This document shows, piece by piece, positions 29,301 through 39,121 of a stretch of DNA of 59,075 bases. Each line of letters opens with the position of its first letter. Position 1 is the stretch's first letter. The stretch is from an uncultured Bacteroides sp. (GTDB lineage: Bacteria > Bacteroidota > Bacteroidia > Bacteroidales > Bacteroidaceae). The notes beneath the pieces are model-generated. The model did not search any database, was not told the origin of the DNA, and worked only from the letters and a program-made list of their open reading frames with translations. A program made the translations under genes and the position numbers. The stretch spans positions 1 to 59,075 of the forward strand of contig CAMTFK010000001.1 of the NCBI GenBank assembly GCA_947071285.1, given 5' to 3'.

Positions 29301-30066
29301 ACCGACCGGTATCCGCGCAGCTATCATTCGTGAAAAAGGCACGAACGGGGAACGCGAAATGGCCTACTCCCTTTATCTGGCAGGCTTCGATGTGAAAGAC
29401 GTAACTATGACCGACCTTATCAGCGGACGCGAAACACTGGAAGACGTGAACATGATTGTTTACTGTGGTGGTTTCTCCAACTCCGATGTATTGGGTTCTG
29501 CCAAAGGTTGGGCAGGTGCATTCCTCTTCAACCCGAAAGCTAAAGAGGCACTCGACAAATATTATGCACGCGAAGACACACTTTCACTGGGTGTGTGCAA
29601 CGGTTGCCAGTTGATGATGGAACTAAACCTCATTACTCCTGAACATAAAAAACAAGGCAAGATGTTGCATAATGAGTCTCATAAGTTCGAATCCAGATTC
29701 CTCGGCCTCACCATCCCGACTAACCGTAGCGTTATGTTCGGTTCGTTGAGTGGGAGCAAACTCGGTATCTGGGTAGCTCATGGAGAAGGTAAATTCTCAT
29801 TGCCGTATGATGAAGACAAATATAATGTGGTGGCTAAATATAGCTATGATGAGTATCCCGCCAACCCGAACGGTTCAGACTTCTCGGCAGCCGGTATAGC
29901 CAGCGCCGACGGACGTCATCTGGCTATCATGCCTCACCTGGAACGTGCCATCTTCCCATGGCAGAATGGTTGTTACCCGGCAGATCGCCTGCACAGCGAC
30001 CAGATTACTCCGTGGATGGAAGCCTTCGTCAATGCACGCAAATGGATAGAAGAGAAAACTAAGTAA
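26362..30066 (+). CDS. purL: Phosphoribosylformylglycinamidine synthase (large type)
   Basis: NSEHCRHKIF, KAETHNFPT, NESQERM, GGFSNSD, LGVCNGCQ, AHGEG, MPHLER. Confidence 0.98.
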   Translation: MILFFKTPSKSVIAVECDHVLSQADIDKLCWLFGEATPESEDNLKGHFVGPRREMITPWSTNAVEITQNMGLDGIIRIEEYFPVKDENADRDPMLQRMYKGLDQEVFTTNRKPEPIIHIEDLEAYNEKEGLALSKEEMDYLKKVEQDLGRKLTDSEVFGFAQINSEHCRHKIFGGTFIIDGVEQESSLFQMIKKTTQENPNKIISAYKDNVAFAEGPVIEQFAPADHSKPDFFQVKDIKSVISLKAETHNFPTTVEPFNGASTGTGGEIRDRMGGGKGSWPIAGTAVYMTSYPRTDEERPWEEILPVRQWLYQTPEQILIKASNGASDFGNKFGQPLICGSVLTFEHKEGEEVYGYDKVIMLAGGVGYGTKRDCLKGTPEAGNKVVVIGGDNYRIGLGGGSVSSVDTGRYSSGIELNAVQRANAEMQKRAYNVVRALCEEETNPVVSIHDHGSAGHVNCLSELVEECGGVIDMSKLPIGDKTLSAKEIIANESQERMGLLIQEEAIEHVRKVAERERAPMYVVGETTGGHRFAFQQADCVRPFDLAVEQMFGSSPKTYMIDKTVERHYEMPKYEQSKLHEYLTNVLQLEAVACKDWLTNKVDRSVTGKIARQQCQGELQLPLSDCGVVALDYRGEKGIATSLGHAPQAALADPAAGSVLSVSEALTNLVWAPLAEGLDSVSLSANWMWPCRSQEGEDARLYTAVKALSDFCCSLQINVPTGKDSLSMTQKYPDGSKVISPGTVIVSAGGEVSDVKKVVSPVLVNDEKTTIYHIDFSFDTLKLGGSAFAQSLGKVGDEVPTVQDAEYFRDAFLAVQELVNKGLILAGHDISAGGLITTLLEMCFANVEGGMEISLDKMKEHDLVKLLFAENPGIVIQVSDKHKDQVKQILEDAGVGFVKIGKPTDERHILITKDDATYQFGIDYMRDVWYSTSYLLDRKQSMNGCAKKRFENYKMQPLEFAFMPGFKGKFSQYGIDPNRRTPTGIRAAIIREKGTNGEREMAYSLYLAGFDVKDVTMTDLISGRETLEDVNMIVYCGGFSNSDVLGSAKGWAGAFLFNPKAKEALDKYYAREDTLSLGVCNGCQLMMELNLITPEHKKQGKMLHNESHKFESRFLGLTIPTNRSVMFGSLSGSKLGIWVAHGEGKFSLPYDEDKYNVVAKYSYDEYPANPNGSDFSAAGIASADGRHLAIMPHLERAIFPWQNGCYPADRLHSDQITPWMEAFVNARKWIEEKTK

Positions 30067-30090
30067 TTTCTACGAATATTCAAATAAAGC

Positions 30091-30127
30091 AAAGGCGCAG
30101 GTTATAATTTACAACTTGCGCCTTTTT
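30091..30127 (+). terminator. Intrinsic terminator of purL
   Basis: Stem AAAGGCGCAGGTT/AACTTGCGCCTTT with a T tail. Confidence 0.75.
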
Positions 30128-30172
30128 CATGTAAACTATCAGAGAAATAGACCATTATTATTCTGCTATCAT

Positions 30173-30204
30173 TTTGCTTTTATCAAACAAAATGCATATT
30201 TTTG
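30173..30204 (+). promoter_or_regulatory. -33/-7 promoter for the HTCS gene
   Basis: TTTG (30173-30176) and TATTTTTG (30197-30204), 20-nt spacer. Confidence 0.6.
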
Positions 30205-30250
30205 CGTTAATTTCACAAATGCCCCCAATAACAAAACGACCGTAACTGTT

Positions 30251-33200
30251 ATGAGAAAATTTGTCCTTTTCTTTTTATTCATATATATATCTTCCCTCTG
30301 CATCGCCCAAACATATAAATATCTTGGCGTAGAAGATGGATTGAGCAATCGCAGGGTATATGCCATCCAGAAAGGTCCGAAAGGTTATATGTGGTTTCTT
30401 ACGCATAATGGCATCGACCGCTATGACGGAAAAGACTTCAAGCAATACCGCCTTATAGACAGTGAGGTAGAAGTTAACTCAATGCTGAATCTGAGTTGGC
30501 TCTATGTAGGTGTAGACGGAACTCTGTGGGAAATAGGCAAAAAGGGAAGAGTATTCCGCTATGATAGTACGCACGACCGCTTCCAGTTCGTATACAAGTT
30601 ACCGGACGAAGTGGTGAAAGGAAATCCTTCTCCCGTAAGCTATGGTTTCATTGATACCAACAACGTAGTATGGTTGTGCAATGAAGAAGCGCTGTACCTG
30701 TATGATACCAAAATAGGAAAGACTACCGTCATCAAGAATCAGATTGGTGAAAGCATTACCGATATCGAACAGATTGACCCCGAACACTATTTCATTGGTA
30801 CGGATGACGGCATACATCATGCTGAATTAAAAAATAATGTCCTCAGCCTCTCTCCTTGCGAAAAGCTCGATAATCTGAAAATGCAGGTCAATGAGCTATT
30901 CCTTCACAAAGAGAGCCGCAAACTTTTCGTAGGGACCTTTCAGAGAGGTGTCTATGCATATGACATGAATCTCCATCAGACCATCAAACTCAATGCCGGC
31001 CTGGAAGATGTAAGCATCACACGCATCAAAGCCTTCAATGATAAAGAGATATTGATAGCAACGGATGGCGCCGGTGTATATAAGATGAATGTGGAGACTT
31101 ACAAGTGCGAGCCTTATATCGTGGCCGATTACAACAGTTATAATGCCATGAATGGCAACAGCATCTATGATTTCTATGTAGACGGTGACCGCATCTGGAT
31201 GGCAAACTATCCCATCGGAATCACAGTGCGAAACAACCAATACACCAGTTACCAATGGATTAAACATTCCGTTGGCAACAAGCAATCGCTCATCAATGAC
31301 CAGGTGAACGCCATCGTTGAAGACCATGACGGTGATTTATGGTTCGCCACCAACAACGGCATCAGTCTCTATGTTAGCAAAACCCAACAATGGCATTCAT
31401 TCCTCAGTGTATTCGACAATACCAGTCTGACAAAGAATCATGTATTCATCTCTTTGTGTGAGGTTTCACCGGGTATCATTTGGGCAGGTGGATACAGTTC
31501 CGGCATTTACCAGATAGATAAAAGTCGGATGAAGGCTGAGTTTTTCACTCCCACAACTTTTAGCGGTAGCAATATCCGACCGGATAAGTATATACGTTCT
31601 ATTATGAAATCATCCGACGGTAGCATCTGGTCGGGTGGCTATTACAACTTAAAGCAGATTAATTTCAATACTAAAGGAATACGGTTATATCCCGGTTTGA
31701 ACGGTATCACGGATATCAAAGAAAAGGATGAACGGCACATGTGGATAGGTACTGTCACAGGCTTGAATCTGTTGGACAAGGAAACCGGTGAGTATCAATA
31801 TATAGAGATGCCGATAGAATCTTTCTATATCAATGCGCTTTATCAGGATAAAGACGGTCTGCTGTATATAGGAACCAGTAATTCCGGACTACTTATCTAC
31901 AATCATAAAAACAAGTCGTTCGAGCATTTCCATAAGGACAATTGTGCCCTTATCTCCAATAACATATATACCATCCTTTCAGACGGAGACAAAAATATCC
32001 TGCTAAGTACCGAAAACAGTCTGACCAGTTACTATCCGACAGCAAAGGTATTTCATAACTGGACAAAAGAACAGGGATTGAAAAGCGACCACTTCAACGC
32101 AACATCGGGCACGCTTCGTAAGAACGGAGACTTTATCCTTGGAAGTACGGACGGAGCAATAGAATTTGATAAAGACATGATGATTCCACGCGACTATAAG
32201 TTCCAGATGGTATTCAGTGACTTGCGGGTATTCTACCAGACCGTTTATCCGGGCGACGAGAGCTCACCGCTGGAAATGGATATAGATGAAACAAAAACGC
32301 TGAGACTGAAGTATAACCAAAATATATTTTCACTAAAGGTATCTTCCATCAATTACGACTATCCTTCGCTACTTCTGTATTCATGGAAACTGGATGGTTT
32401 CTATGACGGCTGGAGTCGCCCGGAAAAGGATTGCCTGATACGATTCACCAATCTAAACCCTGGAAAATACACATTGCGGGTGCGTACCATCTCCAGTGAA
32501 GACCGACGGGTTGTTCTCGAAGAACGCAGTATGGATATCGTAATAGAGCAACCCATCTGGCTCAGTCTGTGGGCACTGCTGTTTTATGCGGCAGTCATTG
32601 CAGCAATTGTTATTATCGCATTGCGTATCATTATCCTGCGCAAACAGCGAAAAGCCTCAGATGAAAAGATACGCTTCTTTATCAATACGGCGCATGACAT
32701 TCGTACTCCGCTGACACTGATAAAAGCGCCCCTGGAAGATCTTTATGAAAAGGAAAACCTGACTCCGGACGGACGCAGCAACATGAATACCGCCATACGA
32801 AACGTGAATGCCTTGCTGAGATTGACTACCAATCTAATTAATTTTGAACGGGCAGACACATATTCCGGTTCACTGTATGTATCAGAATACGAACTGAGTA
32901 CGTATATGGAGGAGATGATAAATGCTTTCCGCGCATATGCAGATGTGAAGCGGGTCAGCCTGACTTATGAAAGTAATTTCCGATACATGAATATCTGGCT
33001 CGACAAGGACAAAATGGATTCTATTCTGAAAAACCTGATATCCAATGCCTTGAAATATACGCCGGAGGGTGGTAGCGTACATATCTTTACTGCCGAAACA
33101 GAAGATAACTGGAGCGTAGAGGTAAAAGATACGGGTATCGGCATCCCGGCTTCCGAACAAAAGAAGCTATTTAAAATACACTTCCGGGGCAGCAATGCCA

Positions 33201-34255
33201 TTAATTCGAAAGTCACAGGTAGTGGCATCGGCTTGTTACTGGTATGGAAGCTCGTCCATCTGCACAAGGGAAAGATAAACTTCAGCAGTACGGAAGGTAA
33301 GGGTTCCTGTATCAAGGTTACCTTCCCGAAGGGAGAGAAATATTATCGCAAAGCCATTCACAGTCCGAAGCCGGGAAGTGAAAAAGTGGTTTATGCGGAA
33401 TCGGGAGTACCTAAGAATGTCCCGCCCAGCACTGTATACGAAAATGTCCAACAGAAGCAACAGAATGGTGACCTTCCGAAAATCCTTATTGTTGAGGATA
33501 ATGATGAATTGAGAGAGTATCTGCGCAATACACTGTCAGACAGTTATAACATACAAGTATGCAACGATGGTAAACCGGCGCTTGATATAGTCAAAGAATA
33601 CATGCCCGACATGATTATTTCGGATATCATGATGCCTGAAATGCGTGGAGACGAATTGTGTCATATATTGAAAAATGATATTGAAACATCACATATTCCC
33701 ATCATATTGCTCACGGCACTAAATAATGACCGGAACATCATAGAAGGGTTGAAAACCGGAGCGGACGAGTACATTGTGAAGCCTTTCAATATAGGAATTC
33801 TGCGTGCCACAATTGCCAACATTCTCACCAACCGTTCCTTGTTGCGGCACAAATATGCCAATCTGGAAGATGAGGAGGATGACGCAACTTGCCTCAACTG
33901 CTCCACCGATCTTGACTGGAAATTCATATCTTCCGTCAAGAAAAACGTAGAGGAGAATATAGACAATGCTGCCCTCAATGTAGAAATGCTCTGTGCTTTG
34001 CTGAATATGAGCCGCACCAGTTTCTATAATAAAATAAAAGCCCTGACCGACCAGGCTCCAGCGGATTATATCCGGCTGATTCGCCTGAAACGTGCAGCAC
34101 AGTTACTGAAAGAGCAACAGCACAGCGTAACAGAAGTTGCAGAAATGACAGGATTCAGCGACGCGAAGTATTTCCGTGAAGTATTCAAGAAACATTTCAA
34201 TGTCAGTCCGAGTCAGTATGCAAAACAAAAAGAAGATAATAATGATGATAAATAA
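30251..34255 (+). CDS. Hybrid two-component system (beta-propeller/Y_Y_Y sensor, HisKA, HATPase, receiver, AraC HTH)
   Basis: EDGLSN, GDLWFATNNGI, AHDIRTPLTLI, GSGIGL, ILIVEDN, SDIMMP, GFSDAKYF. ATG at 30251 gives a signal peptide. Confidence 0.95.
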   Translation: MRKFVLFFLFIYISSLCIAQTYKYLGVEDGLSNRRVYAIQKGPKGYMWFLTHNGIDRYDGKDFKQYRLIDSEVEVNSMLNLSWLYVGVDGTLWEIGKKGRVFRYDSTHDRFQFVYKLPDEVVKGNPSPVSYGFIDTNNVVWLCNEEALYLYDTKIGKTTVIKNQIGESITDIEQIDPEHYFIGTDDGIHHAELKNNVLSLSPCEKLDNLKMQVNELFLHKESRKLFVGTFQRGVYAYDMNLHQTIKLNAGLEDVSITRIKAFNDKEILIATDGAGVYKMNVETYKCEPYIVADYNSYNAMNGNSIYDFYVDGDRIWMANYPIGITVRNNQYTSYQWIKHSVGNKQSLINDQVNAIVEDHDGDLWFATNNGISLYVSKTQQWHSFLSVFDNTSLTKNHVFISLCEVSPGIIWAGGYSSGIYQIDKSRMKAEFFTPTTFSGSNIRPDKYIRSIMKSSDGSIWSGGYYNLKQINFNTKGIRLYPGLNGITDIKEKDERHMWIGTVTGLNLLDKETGEYQYIEMPIESFYINALYQDKDGLLYIGTSNSGLLIYNHKNKSFEHFHKDNCALISNNIYTILSDGDKNILLSTENSLTSYYPTAKVFHNWTKEQGLKSDHFNATSGTLRKNGDFILGSTDGAIEFDKDMMIPRDYKFQMVFSDLRVFYQTVYPGDESSPLEMDIDETKTLRLKYNQNIFSLKVSSINYDYPSLLLYSWKLDGFYDGWSRPEKDCLIRFTNLNPGKYTLRVRTISSEDRRVVLEERSMDIVIEQPIWLSLWALLFYAAVIAAIVIIALRIIILRKQRKASDEKIRFFINTAHDIRTPLTLIKAPLEDLYEKENLTPDGRSNMNTAIRNVNALLRLTTNLINFERADTYSGSLYVSEYELSTYMEEMINAFRAYADVKRVSLTYESNFRYMNIWLDKDKMDSILKNLISNALKYTPEGGSVHIFTAETEDNWSVEVKDTGIGIPASEQKKLFKIHFRGSNAINSKVTGSGIGLLLVWKLVHLHKGKINFSSTEGKGSCIKVTFPKGEKYYRKAIHSPKPGSEKVVYAESGVPKNVPPSTVYENVQQKQQNGDLPKILIVEDNDELREYLRNTLSDSYNIQVCNDGKPALDIVKEYMPDMIISDIMMPEMRGDELCHILKNDIETSHIPIILLTALNNDRNIIEGLKTGADEYIVKPFNIGILRATIANILTNRSLLRHKYANLEDEEDDATCLNCSTDLDWKFISSVKKNVEENIDNAALNVEMLCALLNMSRTSFYNKIKALTDQAPADYIRLIRLKRAAQLLKEQQHSVTEVAEMTGFSDAKYFREVFKKHFNVSPSQYAKQKEDNNDDK

Positions 34256-34261
34256 GAGAAC

Positions 34262-34798
34262 ATGAATATTTACCTTGAGGCATTCGGCCTCTTTTCTAAA
34301 ATAGGAGTTTTCACTATCGGAGGCGGTTATGCGATGGTACCACTGATAGAAGAAGAAATTGTAGATAAACGGAAATGGATTGCCAAAGACGACTTTATTG
34401 ATTTACTCGCCATTTCCCAATCAACGCCGGGTATCCTCGCAGTCAACATTTCCATTTTTATCGGATATAAACTACGGGGCTTTCGTGGAAGTTTAGTCAC
34501 TACTTTGGGCACAATTCTGCCTTCTTTCTTCATTATACTTGCTATAGCAATGTTCTTCCATAACTTCAAGGATAATGTGATTGTAGAACGTATCTTCAAA
34601 GGGATTCGTCCGGCAGTAGTTGCCCTTATAGCAGCCCCTACATTCAGTATGGCAAAATCAGCTAAGATTAGCCGCTACAACATCTGGATACCGGTGGTAT
34701 CTGCCCTGATTATCTGGTTATTCGGCTTCTCTCCTATCTGGGTTATTATTATTGCTGGAGTGGGAGGATACTTGTACGGGCGGCTACGCCGTTCGTAA
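34262..34798 (+). CDS. chrA: Short-chain chromate transporter (CHR) subunit
   Basis: KIGVFTIGGGYAM, SQSTPG, GIRPAVVALI. Confidence 0.9.
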   Translation: MNIYLEAFGLFSKIGVFTIGGGYAMVPLIEEEIVDKRKWIAKDDFIDLLAISQSTPGILAVNISIFIGYKLRGFRGSLVTTLGTILPSFFIILAIAMFFHNFKDNVIVERIFKGIRPAVVALIAAPTFSMAKSAKISRYNIWIPVVSALIIWLFGFSPIWVIIIAGVGGYLYGRLRRS

Positions 34799-34799
34799 A

Positions 34800-34861
34800 T
34801 TAAAAGTTGAGAATTGAAAATTTAAAATGGGTTGCACATCAATAACTAATAACTAATAATT
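34800..34861. repeat. Degenerate heptamer repeats between the CHR genes
   Basis: TTAAAAG TTGAGAA TTGAAAA TTTAAAA, then AATAACT AATAACT AATAATT. Confidence 0.55.
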
Positions 34862-34867
34862 GTTTCC

Positions 34868-35416
34868 ATGCTTTATTTCCAGTTGTTTTATACCTTCTTC
34901 AAAATAGGACTGTTTGGTTTTGGCGGTGGATACGCCATGCTTTCAATGATACAGGGTGAAGTAGTCACCCGCTACGGATGGCTGTCGCCTCAGGAATTTA
35001 CGGATATTGTGGCTATCAGCCAGATGACACCAGGACCTATCGGAATCAATTCGGCAACATATGTAGGCTTCACGGCTACGGGAAATGTGTGGGGTTCCAT
35101 TATAGCTACGGTTGCTGTAGTATTTCCTTCGTTCATATTGATGCTGGCTATCAGCAAGTTCTTCCTGAAATATCAGAAACATCCCGCAGTAGAGGCGGTA
35201 TTCAGTGGATTGCGCCCGGCTGTAGTGGGGCTTTTGGCTTCGGCAGCATTGGTGCTGATGAATACGGAAAACTTCAGTTCGCCTAAAGAAGATATGTATG
35301 CGTTTATTGTCAGTTGCATCATATTCCTGGTAGCATTTGTGGGAACCAGAAAATATAAAATCAATCCGATTGTGATGATTGTGGCCTGCGGAGCAGCGGG
35401 ACTGATACTGTATTAA
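34868..35416 (+). CDS. chrA: Short-chain chromate transporter (CHR) second subunit
   Basis: KIGLFGFGGGYAM, SQMTPGPIGINSATYVG, GLRPAVVGL. Confidence 0.9.
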   Translation: MLYFQLFYTFFKIGLFGFGGGYAMLSMIQGEVVTRYGWLSPQEFTDIVAISQMTPGPIGINSATYVGFTATGNVWGSIIATVAVVFPSFILMLAISKFFLKYQKHPAVEAVFSGLRPAVVGLLASAALVLMNTENFSSPKEDMYAFIVSCIIFLVAFVGTRKYKINPIVMIVACGAAGLILY

Positions 35417-35418
35417 AA

Positions 35419-35472
35419 GAGGTGTTGCTTTATTCGGGCAAATAGTTATTCGCCCGAATAAAGCAACATCTC
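35419..35472. terminator. Long hairpin between convergent genes
   Basis: 21-bp arms with one G-U pair: GAGGTGTTGCTTTATTCGGGC / GCCCGAATAAAGCAACATCTC. Confidence 0.75.
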
Positions 35473-35484
35473 AATATATCTTCC

Positions 35485-36990
35485 TTATAATTTTACCTTT
35501 TTAGCCGCTGTTTTCGATTCATTATGCAGTCGGTCGAGCGCCGTCACTACATAGCGGTATTTAGTCTTACCATCCTCATAGGGCAACTTATAGAAATTAT
35601 CCCGCGTGATGGCCATAATACGGGCAGGATTACTGATGTCCACTTTCTCTTTAGCATCAAAACGATAGACTACATATTGTACGGCACGATTCATTTCATC
35701 TTTATACTTCGGCTCTGTCCAGAACAGGATATATCCGTCTGCTGTCCATACAGGTTTCACCTTACGCACTTTGCCCGGTGCTTCATTATCCATAAATTCG
35801 AATACAGGCGGTAGAGCAGGATATTTATGATATTCCGCAATCAGAGCGTCGCGATACTTCCCGGCATTCTCCACCACAGCACTGGCAGGCCACTGGCAAC
35901 TTCCGCCAATCGTCTGATAAGCACGCTGCAATGCCATCTTTCGTGGCAATTGATTTATGGATGGATTCTGCGGATCAGCATTCTGCACCGTATTCATAAC
36001 AGATTGTCCGATGAACAAAGGGCGGTTCTCTGTATTCTTCGCCCACCACTTCACCAGTGTCTCATAATCGGCTGCCGGATGACCGATATGCCAATATATT
36101 TGCGGAATATTATAGTCTATCCAGCCTTCACGAGCCCAAAGGAGTACATCGGCATAAAGATCGTCATAATTCTGCAATCCATTGGTCTTGCTACCCAACG
36201 GATCACTCTTCTCATTGCGATAGATACCAAATGGAGAAATGCCGAACTTAACCCATGGCTTTAGTTCACGTACCGTTTCATGTATTTTCTTTATCAACAC
36301 ATTGACATTACTGCGCCGCCAGTCTGCTTTATTGGAGAAGCCGCCACCATAACGGGCAAAGCTGGCATCATCCGGAAAATCCACTCCCGGTTTAGGATAG
36401 GGATAAAAATAATCATCCATATGGATAGCATCCACATCATAACGGGAAACAATATCAGTTATTACCTTGCAGATATGATTGCGGCTTTCGGGCAATGCCG
36501 GATCAAAATAAAGCTGATCTCCATAAGTAACAAACCATTCGGGATGCTTCCTGTAAATATGAATAGAAGAAAGTTCGTTTTTCAGGGAAGTCTTCACACG
36601 ATAAGGATTAATCCAGGCATGAAACTCCATACAACGCTTATGGCATTCTTCAATCATAAATTGCATCGGATCCCAATAAGGTTTCGGAGCCTCGCCTTGC
36701 ACCCCCGTCAGAAAGCGGCTCCACGGCTCATATTGCGAAGCGTACAATGCGTCTGCCTCGGGACGTACCTGAAAGATAATGGCATTGATACCGGCTTCTT
36801 GCAAAGAGTTCAACTGGTTTATCAGAGTTTGTTTCAGTTTCTCGGTAGGAACTCCACGGAATTGCCCGTTGACAGCTTGTATCCATGCTGCACGAAATTC
36901 ACGTTTAGGATATCTCTCAGGTTGTAATTGTGCCGCAACTCCCAAAGAAAGGAGCAAGGCGCATACGCATAAAAAGGTTCTCAGTTTCAT
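35485..36990 (-). CDS. GHL10 (DUF187, YddW/DigH-like) glycosyl hydrolase
   Basis: REFRAAWI, FQVRPEADALY, EFHAWINPYR, IHMDDYFYPY, DWRRSNV, PWVKFGISPFG, PQIYW. Confidence 0.92.
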   Translation of the reverse strand: MKLRTFLCVCALLLSLGVAAQLQPERYPKREFRAAWIQAVNGQFRGVPTEKLKQTLINQLNSLQEAGINAIIFQVRPEADALYASQYEPWSRFLTGVQGEAPKPYWDPMQFMIEECHKRCMEFHAWINPYRVKTSLKNELSSIHIYRKHPEWFVTYGDQLYFDPALPESRNHICKVITDIVSRYDVDAIHMDDYFYPYPKPGVDFPDDASFARYGGGFSNKADWRRSNVNVLIKKIHETVRELKPWVKFGISPFGIYRNEKSDPLGSKTNGLQNYDDLYADVLLWAREGWIDYNIPQIYWHIGHPAADYETLVKWWAKNTENRPLFIGQSVMNTVQNADPQNPSINQLPRKMALQRAYQTIGGSCQWPASAVVENAGKYRDALIAEYHKYPALPPVFEFMDNEAPGKVRKVKPVWTADGYILFWTEPKYKDEMNRAVQYVVYRFDAKEKVDISNPARIMAITRDNFYKLPYEDGKTKYRYVVTALDRLHNESKTAAKKVKL

Positions 36991-37011
36991 TCTTAAAGTC
37001 TAAATTATTTT

Positions 37012-38958
37012 TTAGTGATTGCTATTGATAGGCCATTCCACAATGACGCGGGTACCTTGAATATAGTCAGCATCCAGATAAATTTTTCCATCCACAATAT
37101 CCATTACCTGACGGGCAATGGAAAGTCCCAGTCCGGTACCGGGCGTAAAGGTATCCACTTTAAAAAAGCGCTCAAACACACTGTCTCTATATTGCGAATC
37201 GATACCGATACCTGTATCCTCTAAAATAAGGCGTACAACATTATGGGCTTTATCTTCCTCGCACCGAAAACGAATGACACCTTTCTCCGTAAATTTCACA
37301 GCATTATCCAGCAAAATGGAAAGCACACGCTTCATCCAGGCACGGACAGTCAGCACCACAGGAGCCTCCGGAGATGGTATCCATTGCATTTCAACCCCTT
37401 CTTTCTGTTTACCGCTGAATGTATCCATACATTCAAGACAGCAGGCATTGACATCAACAGTTTCTTTGGGCATATCTGCCGTCTGCGAATCCATATCAGC
37501 TATATCAATGATATTATCTATCAGTCCCAGCAGATAGGAACTGTTCCTCTCCACCTGGTCGGAATATTCACGGGCTTCTTCAACGTTCAATCCTTCTTCG
37601 GCAAGCAGAGCAGAGAAACCAACCACAGAATTAAGTGGAGTACGCAACTCGTGAGTGACATGTTGAATGAACGAACTCTTTATACGACTCATCTTCTGTA
37701 TTTCCTTACCGGCAGCATCCAGCTTCCGGTTCATGGAAAGGGTACGGACATAGAGATAAGTAACCAGTAAAAGTAGTATCAAAATTACGCAACCTGTTGT
37801 AAACACAAGAACCAGGCGTTCACGGTTCATCTTATCACTCAGTTCCAGTTTCTCCATCTTCAGACGGTCCACTTCAAACTGCGCGGTATATTTGTTCAAT
37901 TGCTCATCCATTTCTGCCGTACGGACGGAATCATTCAAGTGGGCGTACTCGGCAAAGGCATGGCAAGCTTCCCTGTAATTTCCAATCTGTTCCAACATAA
38001 TAGCCTTCTGGCGATAATTGCCCGGATAGTAATTCCCCAATGAGTTTTGATAATCAATCAGCGAATCCATGTAGGATACGGCAGTACGTATATCCCCCAG
38101 TATCTGGCTGCACATAAGTTTGTACCCAAACCAGCTCTCCGGAGAAATATCCTCTTTATGCTTACGGTAATAAGCATCAGCCTCTTTGATATAAGATTCT
38201 GCGGCTGCTTTGCCCTTTGTTCCTAAAGCACCGATTACACGAAACTGATAATAACGCATATGCAGAGCCGCCCCTATTCCGTAATTTTTATTTTCAGTAG
38301 CCTTCTTCAACTGTTCCAGCCTATCCAGATAAGGAAGGGCATCAGCATAAGCCTGACGCGCCAAATAGGTTTGAATGATATTGAGAGATACAACATAAGC
38401 GTCACGATAGTATTTACCCTCCTCAAAGTGTTTCAAGGCACTATCATAGTATTCCAGACAAAGCTTCACGTTCTGGCCGAATATACGGTGATTATAACCT
38501 ATACACATCTCACCGGATGCCATACCATATTTATCTTTCCGCTTCTCAGCATCCTTGGAGAGTAATTCGGTTTCCTGCATAGCTTCTTCCTGCATACCCT
38601 TCTCCGTCATTCGCTGAATATACTGCCGCCATGCCTGATAGCGATCGGTATTACGGTGGCAACGGTCGGCCCAGTCCATATATTCATAGGTAATCAGGCG
38701 CAGACTATCAATATTGCCCAAATCATAATAGTGGCTTGCAATGCAGGCATAAGCATCAGCAATTTGTGTCGTGTCTTTCCGTTCTTTCGCCAGTTCCAGA
38801 AAGCGCGTGCCCAAAGGAAGGAAATCCGGTTTGCCAGCAGCTTTTCGTGCACTGTCGGCAAATGACTTCAAATCAATGGTCTCTTGTCCGGTGATTGTCT
38901 CGAAACAACAGAGCAAGCATACCAAAGTTGCATAGAAGCATAATCGGGGGTATCGCAT
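37012..38958 (-). CDS. Sensor histidine kinase with helical (TPR-like) periplasmic region
   Basis: Signal peptide, TM helix, THELRTPLNSVVGFS, LLDNAVKFT, EDTGIGI, GTGLGLSI. No receiver domain. Confidence 0.92.
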   Translation of the reverse strand: MRYPRLCFYATLVCLLCCFETITGQETIDLKSFADSARKAAGKPDFLPLGTRFLELAKERKDTTQIADAYACIASHYYDLGNIDSLRLITYEYMDWADRCHRNTDRYQAWRQYIQRMTEKGMQEEAMQETELLSKDAEKRKDKYGMASGEMCIGYNHRIFGQNVKLCLEYYDSALKHFEEGKYYRDAYVVSLNIIQTYLARQAYADALPYLDRLEQLKKATENKNYGIGAALHMRYYQFRVIGALGTKGKAAAESYIKEADAYYRKHKEDISPESWFGYKLMCSQILGDIRTAVSYMDSLIDYQNSLGNYYPGNYRQKAIMLEQIGNYREACHAFAEYAHLNDSVRTAEMDEQLNKYTAQFEVDRLKMEKLELSDKMNRERLVLVFTTGCVILILLLLVTYLYVRTLSMNRKLDAAGKEIQKMSRIKSSFIQHVTHELRTPLNSVVGFSALLAEEGLNVEEAREYSDQVERNSSYLLGLIDNIIDIADMDSQTADMPKETVDVNACCLECMDTFSGKQKEGVEMQWIPSPEAPVVLTVRAWMKRVLSILLDNAVKFTEKGVIRFRCEEDKAHNVVRLILEDTGIGIDSQYRDSVFERFFKVDTFTPGTGLGLSIARQVMDIVDGKIYLDADYIQGTRVIVEWPINSNH

Positions 38959-39082
38959 AAGGATGTTTGTTTTAAAAAAATCGCATAAAAATAATGCTTT
39001 TCCTGCTTGTATATCAGTAACTATTTAAAAGTATAACAAATCTTAACCTGCCAATCATTGTACATATTTGAACGACAGTGAT

Positions 39083-39090
39083 TATCTTTG
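39083..39090 (+). promoter_or_regulatory. -7 promoter element (TATCTTTG) for uvrA
   Basis: TAnnTTTG consensus about 30 nt upstream of the ATG at 39122. Confidence 0.55.
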
Positions 39091-39121
39091 TAGCTTGTAA
39101 TTCACTTTAGTGACTCTGATT

